From: Candidatus Latescibacterota bacterium
GTDB taxonomy: Bacteria; Latescibacterota; UBA2968; UBA8231
Reading direction: 5' to 3'
DNA: 64,000 nt
Assembly (NCBI GenBank): GCA_965223905.1
Contig: CBDCXV010000011.1
Coordinates: 832,001 to 896,000, forward strand
In this document: in pieces, positions 11,969 through 22,391 of the stretch
How the letters are laid out: every line of letters begins with the position of its first letter
Numbering within the stretch: the stretch's first letter is position 1
Position numbers and translations under genes: made by a program
The notes under the pieces: model-generated
Seen by the model: the letters and a program-made list of their open reading frames with translations, nothing else
What the model was told of the DNA's origin: nothing
Database searches by the model: none

Positions 11969-14153
11969 TCAGGCGTCAGGGCAGTGAATCACCGCCACCT
12001 CGCCGAAAGCGAGCTTCAACTGGAAGGCGCCGTTGACCAGGGTCAGTGGCCGTCCAGCGAGCAGATCGCGGGCCTCGTCTGCCTTCCAGAGCAACCCCAC
12101 CGTCGTCCTCGCCGTCCGCTCTTCGAGGTTCAACAGAAACACCAGCGACCCGCCTAGTCTCGACTGGCGCCGGTACGCGACCACGCGGTCGCCGCTGATA
12201 TCGAAACGGGACTCGACCCCGGCCTCCCGGGCGGACGGCAAGGGCCACACCCTCATCGACCACGGGGACCCGGCGAGGGCCCTCCCGGCTGCCCGGTAAC
12301 GGTGGAGGAGCCGGTCGCCGCCAGGGAGACCCCGTACCACGTCATCCGTTTGCCTGCCGACTGCACCCCGACGACCCGGTCTCCGATAGCGCCGACGGCC
12401 TCCATGCCGCTGCCCGGTTCGAGGATGCAGTAGGAGGTACCGGCGGGCAGCCGGAATTCTCCGTATGGCGTGGCGAGAAGATTCCTCCCCGCTGCGACAT
12501 CCTGCTCGTTGACCATGTCGAGGTCGGCGATGCGGCAATCGATCAGGTCGCCGAGCCCTTCCGGAGGACTGAAGCTCCAGTGTCCCTTGCCGGCGAAGGT
12601 CGCGAAGTACCCGTCGGCCAGGAGGCGCGGCCCCTGTTCCTGCTCGAGCACTCCCCGCAGCCGCGCCAGGGCGCCCTCCTCCATGACCGCGAAGTTGGGA
12701 AGGTACACCAGCTCGTACCCGACCAGTCCGTCTTCGCGGTGACGAGATCGACGGCGACGCTGTGAGCCCACAGCGCCCGGTACATGCCGCGGTGGTGCTG
12801 TAGGAACTTGAAGCCGGCGTCGTTGAAGTCGAAGACCTGGTGGCTGCTGCCGCTGTAGGCGATGGCCATGTCGGAGCGCGGGATCGACAGCGGCAGGTGG
12901 TCGGAGATCGCATCGATCTGCGCGATCGTCCGCTCCGCGGCGGCGAAGCGTTCGGTCGGGCCGCCGTCGAGAGCCATGATGCTGAGCCCGGGAGCTTCGA
13001 AAGTCATGTACTCGGGCCGGTACTGCCAGAACATGGCGCCGGCACCCCCTTCGATCAGGGTCAGCCAGATGTGCATGGCCGACTCTTCACCGATCGTCAT
13101 CTTCTCGCGCGGCATCAGGCCGCCGACGAAGCTGCCGTAGATCTCCTCGTTCCACCAGCGGCCGTGCCGCCCCATGGCGCGGCACCAGTGAAAGCCGTAG
13201 GCCTCGCAGGCCAGGCTGTACGGATCGCCGCTGGTCAGGCGGTCCGCCGAGTGGTGGGACAGCCCCCAGCTGTCGATGGCCGGGCTCACGGTCTCGTGGT
13301 GGGGCATCGGGTAGGAGCCGCCGTGGGAGCGCTGCTCGTGGCGGCCGTCGAGCTCGTCGACGAGGTCGGCCATCCAGCCGAGATGGTCGGCCATGTTCTC
13401 GCAGTGGAACTGCCTGTACAACAGCATCTCGACGATGGCGGCGTTGCTGCGCGGCGGCTGCACGTCTTCCCAGGAGCGGTGGCGACGCAGCAGCTTCTCG
13501 TTCAGCTCGTCGAGGGTATAGCGCCGGTAGAGCCAGTCCTTGTACTTGGCGATGGTGTAGTCGTTGTACGGCGGGTACGGCTCGGGCGCCGTCCAGGCCG
13601 CGGCATAGCCGATCCCGTCCCAGGTGCCCCAGATACCCATCGCCTCGTGGTCCCTGTAACGCGGCACCAGCTGGCGCAGGTAGCGCTCGACGTACACCCG
13701 CCACATCGGGTGGTCGAAGTTGTGGGTCATGCTGCCATGGGGGGAGAAGTCCCCGGCCACGTCCTGCTGCACGCTGCCGTCCCGCCAGACAGCGCGCATG
13801 TCGGGGTGCTCGCGCAACATCCAGGCGGGGGCGGCCATGTGGGTGCCCAGAGGAGTGTCGAGCCACACCTTGAGCCGGTATTTCCCCGCGGTGTCGAACA
13901 GCAGGTCGAGGTCGTCGAACTCGTACCGGTTCGGGAGCGTCTCGACCCAGTTCCAGCTGTACCAGACACGCACGATGCTCATGCCCGCGGCGCTAATGCG
14001 GCGGAAGTCCGAGTCCCAGAATTCCGGGGTCGGGGTCGGCGGGCGGTAGTACTCGGTGCCGACGGGAAACGGTTTTTCGAATGTTGCCCCGTACTCCTTG
14101 TCCCTGCTGCGCAGCTGCATCCAGGAGTTTTCCGCGGCCACCGTCTTCCCCAT
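11969..14153 (-). pseudogene. GH42-like beta-galactosidase, frameshifted twice in the C-terminal third
   Basis: GTEYYRPP..WDSDFRRI..SWNWVE..YEFDDLDLLFD..PAWM; continues YELVYLPNF (frame 12253-12771) and LVFLLNL..GEVAVI (frame ending 11969). Confidence 0.8.
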
Positions 14154-14155
14154 GA

Positions 14156-14941
14156 CTAGTCTCCCGGTGCAGTTGCCAGCAGGCCGCCGTCGACGGCCAG
14201 CGATACCCCGGTTATGCAGGCCGCGGCGGGAGAGCAGAGAAAGGCGACAGCACGGCCGATATCCTCCGGAGTGCCGCGGCGGCGCAAGGGCACCGAAGAG
14301 AACAGGTGCTCATCGATGCTGCCCCGTTCCGGCGGGGGCGTGCCGATCACGTGGTCCGTGTCCATGTGGCCGGGCATGATGGCGTTGCAGCGGATGCCGT
14401 GCTCCCCGAGGTCGACAGCCATGCTCTCGGTCAGGCGCAGGACGCCGGCCTTGGCGGCGCCGTAGGCGGTATCCCCTTTCCAGGCGCGCTCCCCGTGAAC
14501 GGAGGAGGTGCTGACGATGCAGCCCCCGTCCCCCTGCACCACCATGGCCCGAACCGCCTGCTGGCTGCACAGGAAGAATCCCTTCAGGCCGATATCGAGA
14601 TTGGCATCCCAGTTCTCCTCGGTGAGCTCGAGAAACGGCTGTCCGGTACCGCCGTAGGGGTTGTTCACCAGTATGTCGATGCGGCCGAAGCGTTCGAGGA
14701 ATGCGGCGAACATGCTCTCGACCCGGGCGCTGTCGGAGATGTCGCCGGCAAAGAACGCGGCTTTGCGGCCCCGCTCGCCGATCAGGCGCAGGGTCTCCAG
14801 GGCGTTGGCGTCTTCTTCGAGGTCGTTTATTCCGACATCGCAGCCCGCCTCCGCCAGAGACAGGGCGATCCCTCTGCCGATGCGGCGCCGGCCGCCGGTC
14901 ACGAGTGCTTTCTTTCCTTCCAGGGAATGTGGATCTGGCAT
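14156..14941 (-). CDS. SDR family oxidoreductase
   Basis: LVTGGRRRIGRG, FGRIDILVNN, YGAAK, ITGVSLAVDGG; ends 2 nt before the GH42 start. Confidence 0.9.
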   Translation of the reverse strand: MPDPHSLEGKKALVTGGRRRIGRGIALSLAEAGCDVGINDLEEDANALETLRLIGERGRKAAFFAGDISDSARVESMFAAFLERFGRIDILVNNPYGGTGQPFLELTEENWDANLDIGLKGFFLCSQQAVRAMVVQGDGGCIVSTSSVHGERAWKGDTAYGAAKAGVLRLTESMAVDLGEHGIRCNAIMPGHMDTDHVIGTPPPERGSIDEHLFSSVPLRRRGTPEDIGRAVAFLCSPAAACITGVSLAVDGGLLATAPGD

Positions 14942-15054
14942 CGTATGCTCCTTCGGTTTGGTGGCGCAGAGCGCAATTTCGCTATTTTCAGATGCTGCCT
15001 TCCAACAAATACTGGCTGCCATTTCCCAAAGTTCACAGAAACGCCGGAGCCAAA

Positions 15055-15924
15055 ATGAGAACCACCGACGAACAGATCGAGTTCTTCAAGGAAGAAGGGT
15101 ACGTCGTTGTCGAAGGGGGACTTACCGACGCCGATCTCGAACCCCTCATCCAGGACCACAACGCCATCGTCGACGGGATCGCCCGCGATCTCCAGGAACG
15201 CGGAGAGATCGACGATCTCCACGAGGACGAGCCATTCGAAACCCGACTCGCCCGGCTTGCCGAGGACTGCAATAAAGTCGACGGCTGTCCCGATATCGGC
15301 GTCACTCGCCGCCGCGCTACCTTCGAGTTCCTGCGCAACGAGAACCTCGTCGATCTCATCGAGCCCTTCATCGGTCCCGAAATCAGCTGCAACGCGGTTT
15401 CCCACGTGCGCCCGAAGATGCCGTCGACGGACGTCATCTTTCACCAGGACGCCGTATTCACCACCCGGGAAGCCGCCGGCATCCTGCAGGTGACGGTCTG
15501 GGTGCCGCTGGTCGACGCCACCGAGGATAACGGCTGCCTCCAGGTTCTGCCCCGGGTGCACCGCAACCGCATGGTATACTGGACCTACCACCGCGACCTT
15601 CCCGACGTCGATAAGGCGACGCTGCCGATGAAGAAGGGGGACGTGCTGTTCGTGCACAAGCTGACCCCGCACGGCTCCGGCCCCAACAACACCGACGGCG
15701 TGCGCTGGAGCATGGATCTGCGCTACCAGAAGACCGGGGAGCCGTCACCGCGGCCGGAGTGGCCCAGCAGCGTGGTTCGCAGCCGTCGCGACCCGGGGTC
15801 GGAAACCCGGTACGAGGACTGGCGCGACCAGTGGGCCGCGGCCCTCGAAAAGACTCCGAAGCAGATCCACTACGACCGGCCTTCGCAACCCCTGCCTTTT
15901 TCCGGGGAGATGTATTTCGCTTAG
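15055..15924 (+). CDS. Phytanoyl-CoA dioxygenase family (PhyH) Fe(II)/2OG enzyme
   Basis: QIEFFKEEGYVVV, FHQD, WVPLVDATEDNGCL, TPHGSGPN..RWSMDLRY. Confidence 0.92.
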   Translation: MRTTDEQIEFFKEEGYVVVEGGLTDADLEPLIQDHNAIVDGIARDLQERGEIDDLHEDEPFETRLARLAEDCNKVDGCPDIGVTRRRATFEFLRNENLVDLIEPFIGPEISCNAVSHVRPKMPSTDVIFHQDAVFTTREAAGILQVTVWVPLVDATEDNGCLQVLPRVHRNRMVYWTYHRDLPDVDKATLPMKKGDVLFVHKLTPHGSGPNNTDGVRWSMDLRYQKTGEPSPRPEWPSSVVRSRRDPGSETRYEDWRDQWAAALEKTPKQIHYDRPSQPLPFSGEMYFA

Positions 15925-16161
15925 CGGGGGAGAGTTCATGCGGACGGTTACCTCCCCGGCGGCCTGCCTGGAAGCGGATCGCCATGGTCTTCCCTTGCCC
16001 GGCCCGACCACCTCGCCTCCCGGTCCCCTTTCTCCCTGAATTGACGAAGGCTGCCGAGGTTTCCGGGCGGTCCGTATTGGCCGGATGCGGATTGCAGCCG
16101 TAGCAGATTCCCGGTCACAAGCCGTAGCAGAAGTCCCTGAATCCCTGCGGATCGCCTCGTT

Positions 16162-17364
16162 GTGAAGAAATCCACCCTCGTCATCCTGATCAGCGCGGTC
16201 ACCGTCGCCATCTCCATGGGAGCCCGCCAGTCCTTCGGCCTGTTCCTGCAGCCGGTGACCGAATCCCTGTCGACGGGCCGGGAGACCTTCAGCCTCGCCA
16301 TGGCACTGCAGAACATCCTGTTCGGGCTGCCGATCGCCGGAATGCTCGCCGACCGCATCGGTCCGCGCCGGGTAGTGGCCTCCGGCGCTCTGCTGTACGC
16401 CGCCGGCTTCGGCCTCCTCGCCGTCGCTACCGCCCCCTGGCTCACCTTCCTCTCCCTCGGGGTCCTGGTCGGTTTCGCTCTCAGCGCCACGTCCTACGTC
16501 GTCCTTCTCGGCGCCGTGGGCCGGGTGGTGCCGGCCGAAAAGAGGGCAACCTCCTTCGGCATGGTAACCGCGGCCGGTTCCTTCGGGACCTTTGCCGTCG
16601 TCCCGCTGATCCAGTGGCTGATCGACACCGTATCGTGGCAGGCGACTCTGCTGTACGGCGCCGCCGTGGTCGCTGCCATCGCCTTCTTCGCGCTCGGATT
16701 CCCGCCGGCATCGCAAGCCGAGGGTCCCCGCACCTCCGACCTCGAGGACGACTTCTCCCGCCTGCTGTCACAGGCGGGCAGGCATTCGGGCTACCTGCTG
16801 CTGAACGCCGGCTTCTTCGTCTGCGGTTTTCACGTCGCTTTCATTGCCACCCACCTGCCGGCTTTCCTCGGCGATCACGGGCTCCCCGAGATGGTCGCGG
16901 CCGCGGCCCTCTCCCTGATCGGGCTGTTCAACATGGGGGGATCCTATCTCTTCGGCCGGCTCGGAGATCGCTACCGCAAGAAATACCTTCTCAGCTTCCT
17001 CTACTTCGCCCGGGCCCTGGTCATCAGCGGCTTCCTGATGGTGCCCGTCACCACGGCGACCGCCCTCATCTTCGCCTGCGCCATCGGCTTCCTGTGGCTG
17101 GCGACGGTGCCGCTGACCAGCGGTACTGTCGCCCAGATTTTCGGACCAGCCAGGCTCTCGTCGCTCTACGGGATCGTCTTCTTCAGCCACCAGGTCGGGG
17201 GATTCCTCGGGGTCTGGCTCGGGGGCCGCATCTACGATGCCACCGGGTCGTACGATGCTGTCTGGGTCGGGGCCATCGTTCTCGGAGTCGCGGCGGCGAT
17301 CGTCCACCTGCCGATCAGGGACCGGGCTCTGGGCAGCCTGCCGGCTGCGCCTGCATCGGCATGA
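16162..17364 (+). CDS. MFS transporter
   Basis: ~12 hydrophobic segments, MLADRIGPRR, GFFVCGFHVAFI, FFSHQVGGFLG. Confidence 0.92.
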   Translation: MKKSTLVILISAVTVAISMGARQSFGLFLQPVTESLSTGRETFSLAMALQNILFGLPIAGMLADRIGPRRVVASGALLYAAGFGLLAVATAPWLTFLSLGVLVGFALSATSYVVLLGAVGRVVPAEKRATSFGMVTAAGSFGTFAVVPLIQWLIDTVSWQATLLYGAAVVAAIAFFALGFPPASQAEGPRTSDLEDDFSRLLSQAGRHSGYLLLNAGFFVCGFHVAFIATHLPAFLGDHGLPEMVAAAALSLIGLFNMGGSYLFGRLGDRYRKKYLLSFLYFARALVISGFLMVPVTTATALIFACAIGFLWLATVPLTSGTVAQIFGPARLSSLYGIVFFSHQVGGFLGVWLGGRIYDATGSYDAVWVGAIVLGVAAAIVHLPIRDRALGSLPAAPASA

Positions 17365-17456
17365 CGGGCGTGCCCGGAAGTGCTTATCCTTTGAATTGGA
17401 TTGAACAAAAAAGAAGCGACCGCCAGATACCTATCGCCTGGGGGATGGAGAAGGAG

Positions 17457-17735
17457 ATGCCGGAGCGCAGACAGAAAGTGATGATTCTTTACTTGTCCTA
17501 CTCGGCGCTCGACAGCCCGGTCAAGGGATGGACCTTCTACGACGGGACCGGGAAAGAGCACCACACCACCGGCGACAGCAGCGAACCGCCGTACGAAACC
17601 GGCCTCGACGCCCTGCTCGACGGGTGGAGGGTAATCCAGTTCCCTCAACTGATCCCTCCCTACCCCGACACCGAGTACACCACTTCGTTCCAAAAGAACG
17701 AGTTCATCTTCGAGAAACTGGAGGAGATCGACTGA
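17457..17735 (+). CDS. Small hypothetical protein (92 aa), translationally coupled to downstream PhyH
   Basis: AAGGAG RBS then ATG at 17457; stop overlaps the next start (TGATG); protein-like sequence PYETGLDALLDGWRVIQ..EFIFEKL. Confidence 0.75.
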   Translation: MPERRQKVMILYLSYSALDSPVKGWTFYDGTGKEHHTTGDSSEPPYETGLDALLDGWRVIQFPQLIPPYPDTEYTTSFQKNEFIFEKLEEID

Positions 17736-18601
17736 TGGTCGACAAACAGTACCTGCTCAACTCGAGCCAGATGGCCGAATTCGTGGCCCGCGGCGTGCTT
17801 CAGTTCGACGAGATCGTACCCGAGGAGATCAACCGGGCGGTGATCGCCGAGATCGACGGCGGCGGCATTACCAGCCAGCCTGCTGGCACGCCGTTGTCCA
17901 AATGCTACCCCGACCCTTCTCCTGTCGGGGAGATGCTGAGGATGCCGGAAATACACGGAATCATCCAGAGCCTCGTCGGGGCCGATCCCCTGTTCGACCA
18001 TCAGGCCGTTCACGTCCGCCAACCGAACGAAGGCAAGGCCCAGGGGCTGCACGGCGACTCGATCATCGACATGCGAATGCACTTCGACATCCAGCTGATG
18101 TACTTCCCCCACGACGTGCCCCTGGAAATGGGCGGCACCATGCTGCTTCCGGGAAGCCACTTTCGCCGCGTCAACGAGCTCGACGTCGGCCGCTACCAGA
18201 ACTTCCTCGGGCAGCTGCCGATGGTGTGCAAGGCGGGCACCCTGGCGGTCGTCCACCACGGCATCTGGCACTGCGGGCGGCAGAACAAGACCGACCGCGT
18301 CCGCTACATGTTCAAGATCCGCCTGAACCCGACGGTGCGGCAGCTGCGGCTGTGGAACACCGGCGACCTGGACCAAGGGGGAGCGCCGGAGATCATCTAC
18401 GGCGGATCGAGCCACAGGGAGGACAGCATCCCGACGATCCTCAACCGGCAGGAGCCCTGGTTCGAGGCGGCCGACGGGCGCCTCGAGATCGTCAACAGGA
18501 TCAAGCTGTGGAGGTTTCTTACGGGCGACGGGAATTTCGACGCCCACTACTGGCTGACGAGGCTCGAGAACATGCCGGAGAACCTGTCGGAAGCGGCCTG
18601 A
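17735..18601 (+). CDS. PhyH family dioxygenase
   Basis: QMAEFVARG, LHGD, GGTMLLPGSH, IWHCG, RYMFKIR. Confidence 0.88.
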   Translation: MVDKQYLLNSSQMAEFVARGVLQFDEIVPEEINRAVIAEIDGGGITSQPAGTPLSKCYPDPSPVGEMLRMPEIHGIIQSLVGADPLFDHQAVHVRQPNEGKAQGLHGDSIIDMRMHFDIQLMYFPHDVPLEMGGTMLLPGSHFRRVNELDVGRYQNFLGQLPMVCKAGTLAVVHHGIWHCGRQNKTDRVRYMFKIRLNPTVRQLRLWNTGDLDQGGAPEIIYGGSSHREDSIPTILNRQEPWFEAADGRLEIVNRIKLWRFLTGDGNFDAHYWLTRLENMPENLSEAA

Positions 18602-18691
18602 TCCCCCCATCTGTCAGTGGCTGCGGGCGCCATTCGGCGGCCATCCGGCGCCGCTGCCGCCCGGCATCCGCTGCCTCGTTTCAACCCGGAC

Positions 18692-19876
18692 TCAGGCGTT
18701 GAGGCTCTTGCTGGCGAGCCGATCATCTTCGGCCGCAAGCCACTCCCCGTAGTCCCTCGGCATGGGGCGGGGATCCTCGAGGCCGTGTTCCCGGCGCCAG
18801 CGCAGCAGCGGATGGCTCCGGTCTTCTTGAGGCAGCTCGATCCGGCGGCCGTACGCGGCCGACTCGAACAGCCCCATCATGATCTCCAGTACGTGCAGCC
18901 CTTCGGCACCGCTGCATTCGTGGTCACGCCCCTCGTCGAGGGCTGACACGTACTCTTCCACGAACCAGAAATCCTCGGTATCCGCGGGCCCCTCCGGGTC
19001 GAAGCCAGGAGGCAGCACCGGGGAAAGCTCCTCCCATTCACGACCGCCGGGGGTGTAGTAGGGTGTCGGCAGGTAGAGCGCGTTTCTCCGGTCCTTTCTG
19101 TACAGCAGGCTCTCCATCATCAGGCGGCCTTCGCTCCCGCAGATTTCGATCATCGGGGTAACCCTCTCCGGGTAGCGGTGGTGGAGCAAGGTCGCGGTAA
19201 CCCCGCGGTCGAATTCGAGGATGGCGCTCAGCCGTTCCCCGGCAATGACCCCCATGCCGAGAGGGGAGCGCAGCACGTCCTCGGGAGCGACCGGGCCTCC
19301 GCCCGTCATCGCCGTTGCGGATACGGCGCGGCAGTGCCCGGCCACCTTGAGCATCATGTTGATCATGTGGGTGCCGATGTTCATCAGCCCGAGACCGCCG
19401 TAGTACCCCTTGCCGTATCCGTGCAGGTGCTGCACTTCCCCGATCCGCCCTTCCGCGAAGGCGTTGGCGATTGCACGCATGAGGGCTCCGGTCCTGCCCT
19501 GGTGATGAACCGCGATTCGCACCCCTTTCTCCGCCGCCTTGGCGACAACCTCGTCGGCCTCTTCCAGGTCGACGCACAACGGTTTCTCGATATCTATGTC
19601 GACGCCGTGCTCGAGCACCCGCATGGCGAGGTCGTGGTGGAACTCCGTTCCCGTGGGGATGGCGACAATGTCGGGCGCAGTTTCCTCGATCATGGCGTCG
19701 AGGTCCTCGTAGCGGGGCTCGACACCCAGTTCCTCTCCCAGCTGATCGCGTCGTTCCGCCACCAGGTCGCAGAGGCCGACCAGCTCCGTTCGCGGATGCG
19801 CGAAGTAGGCCCGTGCTGCGGCTCCGCCCCTGCCGCGGCACCCGAGGATGGCGACTCGGTAATTTCCTTCCCTCAT
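18692..19876 (-). CDS. Gfo/Idh/MocA family oxidoreductase
   Basis: VAILGCRGRG, LVGLCDL, PDIVAI, IEKPL, GTHMI. Confidence 0.9.
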   Translation of the reverse strand: MREGNYRVAILGCRGRGGAAARAYFAHPRTELVGLCDLVAERRDQLGEELGVEPRYEDLDAMIEETAPDIVAIPTGTEFHHDLAMRVLEHGVDIDIEKPLCVDLEEADEVVAKAAEKGVRIAVHHQGRTGALMRAIANAFAEGRIGEVQHLHGYGKGYYGGLGLMNIGTHMINMMLKVAGHCRAVSATAMTGGGPVAPEDVLRSPLGMGVIAGERLSAILEFDRGVTATLLHHRYPERVTPMIEICGSEGRLMMESLLYRKDRRNALYLPTPYYTPGGREWEELSPVLPPGFDPEGPADTEDFWFVEEYVSALDEGRDHECSGAEGLHVLEIMMGLFESAAYGRRIELPQEDRSHPLLRWRREHGLEDPRPMPRDYGEWLAAEDDRLASKSLNA

Positions 19877-20116
19877 CTCCCTTTACCTCCTGGCTCGTGT
19901 TTGTGTGGATGGAACCTGAAAAATGTGCACCTGTGGCCGCAACCCATCATGCCCGGCATCATGTACCTGGCATCAGGAAATACCGGAGCCAACCCAGGTT
20001 GCGAGCCGGCCCCTTCCCCCTTGGGCTCGCGGGGGGTTCTGCCCTCGGCGTTGGTCGCAGGGGACGAATTCCCGTAGGTTGCCGGATGACCGAATACCCG
20101 AAACGGAGGATTCAGG

Positions 20117-21130
20117 ATGGCCTGCTACATATACGTCTCCATCATGGATGAGAACCGGGTCGACGTCTACTCCATGGACGGTGAAACCGGAGCACTCGAC
20201 CTGGCCCACCAGACCCCTGTGAGCGGTGGACCTGCCGCCATCGCCATCGCACCGGCAGGGCGGTTCCTCTACGTGGTGCAGCGCAGGGCCAGTCAGTTCG
20301 CGAGCTTTTCTATCGATCCGTGCAGCGGATCGCTGAAGCACCTCGGAACCATCGCCGAAGAGTCGGATTCCGTGTACGCGATTTCCGACGCCACCGGCAG
20401 GTTCATACTCACCTCGAGCAACGGTGGCGCCCGTGCGAGCAGCTATCGCGTCGGAGAAGACGGGGCCCTGATCGCCCCCTCGGCATGTACGGTCCATTCG
20501 ATTCGTGGAGCGCATTCGGTCCAGGTACATCCCAGCAACCGGTACGTGTACGTGCCCCACTGCATAACCCAGAACGCCATCTTCCAGTACACATACGACG
20601 GCGAGACCGGCGAGATCGCGCTGCAGGATCTCGGCGTCCTCGTCCCACCGGCGAGGACCGGCCCGCGGCACATCCGCTTCCATCCCCGTCTCGAGGTGAC
20701 GTACACGACCGATGAGCAGGGAAACAGCATTTCGGCGTACCGAGTTGCCGAGGACGGCCGCCTGTCGCCGCCCTTCCAGACGGTTCCGACCTTGCCCGCC
20801 GATTTCGACCCTGGCGGAAACTCCACCTCGCAGCTGCGCGTTCACCCTTCGGGGAAGTTCCTCTACGCCCCCAACCGCGGGCACGATTCGGTTGCCTGCT
20901 TCGCCATCGATCCGGCTTCCGGGGAGCTCACCCTCATCGGTCGCGTCCCGACCGAGCCCCACGTGCGCGGGTTCGACATCGACCCGCAAGGGAAGTTCGT
21001 CTTCGCCGCGGGCGTCGACAGCGGCAGGATGTCGGCGTATGAAATCGACCGCAGGTCGGGGGAGCTCGCTTTCCTCGACAGCTACAAGGTGGGAGAGAAT
21101 CCGATGTGGGTTCTTGCCTCGGAGCTGTAG
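20117..21130 (+). CDS. Lactonase family beta-propeller (6-phosphogluconolactonase/YbhE-like)
   Basis: AHSVQVHP, GPRHIRFHP, HPSGKFLYAPNRGHDS, RGFDIDPQG, GENPMWV. Confidence 0.9.
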   Translation: MACYIYVSIMDENRVDVYSMDGETGALDLAHQTPVSGGPAAIAIAPAGRFLYVVQRRASQFASFSIDPCSGSLKHLGTIAEESDSVYAISDATGRFILTSSNGGARASSYRVGEDGALIAPSACTVHSIRGAHSVQVHPSNRYVYVPHCITQNAIFQYTYDGETGEIALQDLGVLVPPARTGPRHIRFHPRLEVTYTTDEQGNSISAYRVAEDGRLSPPFQTVPTLPADFDPGGNSTSQLRVHPSGKFLYAPNRGHDSVACFAIDPASGELTLIGRVPTEPHVRGFDIDPQGKFVFAAGVDSGRMSAYEIDRRSGELAFLDSYKVGENPMWVLASEL

Positions 21131-21238
21131 CTTGGGGAGGCGAATCCCTGAAGAGGGAGGAACGCGCCTTCCAGGTGGATCCGCCTTGACCGCACCTGCG
21201 GCAACCCCTTTTTGTTCGGCCAGAAGGGCACCCCACAG

Positions 21239-22270
21239 ATGACGACCTCATCCGATCCACTCCCCGGCATGGAAAGAGGGACCACCCTCCACCGGTTCAT
21301 AACCGAAGAGCAGCGCCGGTTCCCGGAGGCCAGGGGAGGGTTCTCCGAGTTGTTGCTGGCCTTGGCCATAGCCGGAAAACTGATCGCCAGGGAGGTCAAC
21401 AAGGCAGGGCTGGCGCAGGTGATGGGCCTGACCGGGCGCGTCAACGTCCACGGCGAGGAAGTCCAGCACATGGACGAGTTCGCCAATTCCACGATAATCC
21501 ATGCCACCGACCACACGGGCCACCTGGCCGGCATGGCCTCCGAGGAGATGGACGACGTCTACACCATCCCGGCCAGGCATCCAAGCGGCGATTACCTCCT
21601 CGTCTTCGATCCCGTGGACGGCTCCTCCAACATCGACGTCAACGTCAGCATCGGGACGATATTCTCCATCTACCGCCACATGCGCAAAGGGAGAAGGCGG
21701 CGCCCCACCGAAAGGGACTTCCTCATGCGGGGTACCGACCAGGTGTGCGCCGGCTACATCATCTACGGTTCGAGCACGATGCTCGTCTACACGACCGGGC
21801 GGGGAACCCACGGATTCACCCTCGACCCGACCCTCGGCGAGTTCCTGCTCTCCCACCAGAAAATTCGCATCCCCTCGCGCGGCAGGATCTACAGCGTCAA
21901 CGAGGGGAACGCCGACAAGTGGTTTCCCGGGGTCCGCAACTACGTCAACAGCCTCAAGGCGAACGACAAGTCCAGGGGCCGTCCCTATTCGGCGCGCTAC
22001 ATCGGCTCCCTGGTATCCGATTTCCATCGCAACCTGCTCAAGGGTGGCATCTTTCTCTATCCGGGGGATCGCGAATCGGAAAGCGGCAAGCTGCGGCTGC
22101 TCTACGAGGCGGCTCCCCTCGCTTTCGTCGTCGAGCAGGCCGGTGGACGCGCCTCGACAGGAAGCACGCGCATACTCGATCTCGTCCCGGAAAGCCTCCA
22201 TCAGCGTACTCCCCTGATAATCGGCAGCGCCGACGACGTAGCCGAAGCAGAGTCCTGCATGCAGGCTTAG
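21239..22270 (+). CDS. fbp: Fructose-1,6-bisphosphatase class I
   Basis: ASEE, FDPVDGSSNIDVNVSIGTIFSI, RYIGSLVSDFHRNLLKGGIFLYP, GKLRLLYEA. Confidence 0.97.
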   Translation: MTTSSDPLPGMERGTTLHRFITEEQRRFPEARGGFSELLLALAIAGKLIAREVNKAGLAQVMGLTGRVNVHGEEVQHMDEFANSTIIHATDHTGHLAGMASEEMDDVYTIPARHPSGDYLLVFDPVDGSSNIDVNVSIGTIFSIYRHMRKGRRRRPTERDFLMRGTDQVCAGYIIYGSSTMLVYTTGRGTHGFTLDPTLGEFLLSHQKIRIPSRGRIYSVNEGNADKWFPGVRNYVNSLKANDKSRGRPYSARYIGSLVSDFHRNLLKGGIFLYPGDRESESGKLRLLYEAAPLAFVVEQAGGRASTGSTRILDLVPESLHQRTPLIIGSADDVAEAESCMQA

Positions 22271-22391
22271 CCAGCCCCGAGATCGGGACTGGTTCGATTC
22301 TGCGACATTTCCTGCCACTGCGTTGAAGCGATCGGCCCAGGTGCCAGGCCGGACAGCCGGCCGGCAGGAGATCCAAACAGGAGAAAGAAGA

